This document shows positions 62,482 to 64,000 of a stretch of DNA of 64,000 nucleotides, piece after piece (the stretch's first letter is position 1; each line of letters begins with the position of its first letter). The notes under the pieces are model-generated. The model searched no databases. It saw only the letters and a program-made list of their open reading frames with translations, and was not told the DNA's origin. The stretch spans positions 10,090-74,089 of the forward strand of contig JAHLWZ010000853.1 of assembly GCA_020536535.1 (NCBI GenBank), in the 5' to 3' direction. This DNA is from Pelomyxa schiedti. Its lineage: Eukaryota > Protista > Evosea. Both the position numbers and the translations under genes were made by a program.

Positions 62482-63471
62482 CATGACTCAACAATTCAAA
62501 AAAGTGGATTTTTCGAGACAATCCTCTTTAAAATAATAATTCGAAATCAGCAAGAAAAAAATGAATCTGGATCTGATGATTTTTATTTTTGCTCCGAAAC
62601 TTGTGTGCAGTGGGACAGAGCTGGGAAGCCTCAGTTCAGACCAAAAACATGCCCATTGTGGTATCGAAGGACAGTACCATCGGTTGCACTGTCTCGCGGC
62701 GTGCTCTAAATAGCCAATCTCTCATGTCTTGCACAGTGAACTTTTTTTGTTCTGAGGTCACAATTTCTGCTTCCCGCAGCACAATGAGTACAGGTTTCTC
62801 AAAGTGGTGCTTAGACTGTCTTGCTTGTGCTTGTTGGTGCACTTGAGCAGACTCAGTAATTTTGAGTGTTTTCTTTGTCCAAGGATCTTGAGGTAGTCTC
62901 TTCACCTTAAAAATTTGGCAGATTTCCCTGCTGCAGAGTTAGCTGAGCTATGGGAAAAAAAGCGGGGGAGGGGAAGGTGCCAAACAAAAAAAAAAAGTGG
63001 GGGGGTGAAGGGGGCAGAGGTGCCAAACAAAAAAGTTCACTGTGCAAGACATGAGAGATTGGCTTATATCTGAGCAAATGCCTTCAGAGGGCCTCAGACC
63101 AGAGCTGATTGAAAGAATAAAAAATGTGGTTTTGTTTTAGTCGCGGCTTTTACCCCCACAGACCTGGTTCGATCCCGGCCAAACCAATTTTTTTTTTAAA
63201 TTTGCCTATATCTGAGCGTGGTTTCTGACGAGGCAAAACGCATTTAGAGCACGCCGCGAGACAGTACAACCGATGGTACTGTCCTTCGATACCACAATGG
63301 GCATGTTTTTGGTCTGAACTGAGGCTTCCCAGCTCTGTACCACTGCACACAAGTTTCGGAGCAAAAATAAAAATCATCAGATCCAGATTCATTTTTTTCT
63401 TGCTGGTTGTGAATTATTATTTTAAAGAGGATTGTCTCGAAAAATCCACTTTTTTGAATTATTGAGTCATG
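62482..63471. mobile_element. Foldback/MITE-like element with ~230-bp inverted repeats and an inner ~40-bp inverted repeat
   Basis: 62482-62711 and 63242-63471 are reverse complements (about 6 mismatches by eye). 62712-62751 pairs with 63026-63064. Confidence 0.8.
63128..63186 (+). other. Degenerate tRNA-like fragment (B-box, acceptor-like stem, poly-T)
   Basis: GGTTTTG...CGCGGCTTTTACCCCCACAGACCTGGTTCGATCCCGGCCAAACCA followed by a T-run. No recognisable D-arm. Confidence 0.3.
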
Positions 63472-63545
63472 TCGATGGTTGTCATCGCCGCTTCGGGGAA
63501 ACAATCAGCTTGATCTTCATCGAAATTTTTGTTTTTTATCCAATT

Positions 63546-64000
63546 TTAAAACGTCAGTAAATTGGTTGGCCAACCTGAATCATTCCATGGAATTGTGAAG
63601 TCACCAACATGGAAACCAGTGACACCATCATGCAGTGCAAACTGAATTCTCGTGGCACCAAACATCTCTTTAGAAGGATGGGATGTTGACACAATCAGGC
63701 CTGATGTGGCACTTGCCTGTGCCCATGTGCAAGGGACACACAGTGTTGCTGTTGTGAGGTTGGTTACGGAATACACCTCCATGGTATTTTCGCGCTTTGC
63801 AAAGACATGATGTGCCCCAACGGGAGTCACTCTGTATAACCCTGCTAACTGCACTGTGTTCCCAGTTGCAGTCTCCCTCAAGAAAACACATGCTGAATCA
63901 GGAGAGTGCACAGTACACGTGGATCCATCAGGCATCCACAGTATTCCAGTTGGCGAGTTTTCTCCGCACTCCACCGTTGATGTGACAACTAGTTTCCCCC
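63546..64000 (-). CDS. 3' end of a hypothetical protein running off the window
   Basis: 142-aa open frame ending at 63546; no recognisable family. Confidence 0.4.
   Translation of the reverse strand, partial: GKLVVTSTVECGENSPTGILWMPDGSTCTVHSPDSACVFLRETATGNTVQLAGLYRVTPVGAHHVFAKRENTMEVYSVTNLTTATLCVPCTWAQASATSGLIVSTSHPSKEMFGATRIQFALHDGVTGFHVGDFTIPWNDSGWPTNLLTF

Noticed and set aside
62404-63504. Near-identical ORF pair (62404-62709 + and 63244-63504 -) as duplicated genes
   Set aside because: A by-product of the inverted repeat arms, with no protein-family motifs.

Overview
Gene-dense eukaryotic (protist) DNA with about 25 protein-coding genes. Most are broken by many short (~45-70 nt) GT-AG introns, so the ORF track shows only fragments. 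I reconstructed gene models by eye, and exon edges are approximate. The style (tiny introns, very short intergenic gaps, GC-rich first exons, a ciliary TMEM237 homologue, a Rac without the insert helix) suggests a flagellated amoeba, possibly an archamoeba; this is inference. Genes in order: a surface protein with a carbohydrate-binding-like domain, a five-TM2-domain protein, PAN-GH127-SUEL lectin hydrolase, Rab5/22-like GTPase, multi-SH3 coiled-coil protein, PH-C1 protein, TMEM237, RhoGAP-like protein, CPSF30, ABCB/MDR transporter, ML-domain protein, coiled-coil protein, SAC1, Atg22-like MFS, a Rac-WD40-multipass membrane fusion, a zinc-finger protein, HGSNAT, p24, and a PH coiled-coil protein. 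A ~6 kb transposon graveyard follows, holding an RT-less chromovirus, a CpG-depleted hAT-like relic, a gag scrap and a perfect hairpin. After it come FAM91A1, a TauE-like permease, importin alpha, a NifS-SelD fusion head-to-head with intronless TenA, a FIT/PAP2-like protein and a ~1 kb foldback element. The top candidates for new biology are (1) the apparent single-chain Rac GTPase + ~8 WD40 repeats + ~8-TM membrane protein and (2) the NifS-like/selenophosphate synthetase fusion and its neighbourhood.
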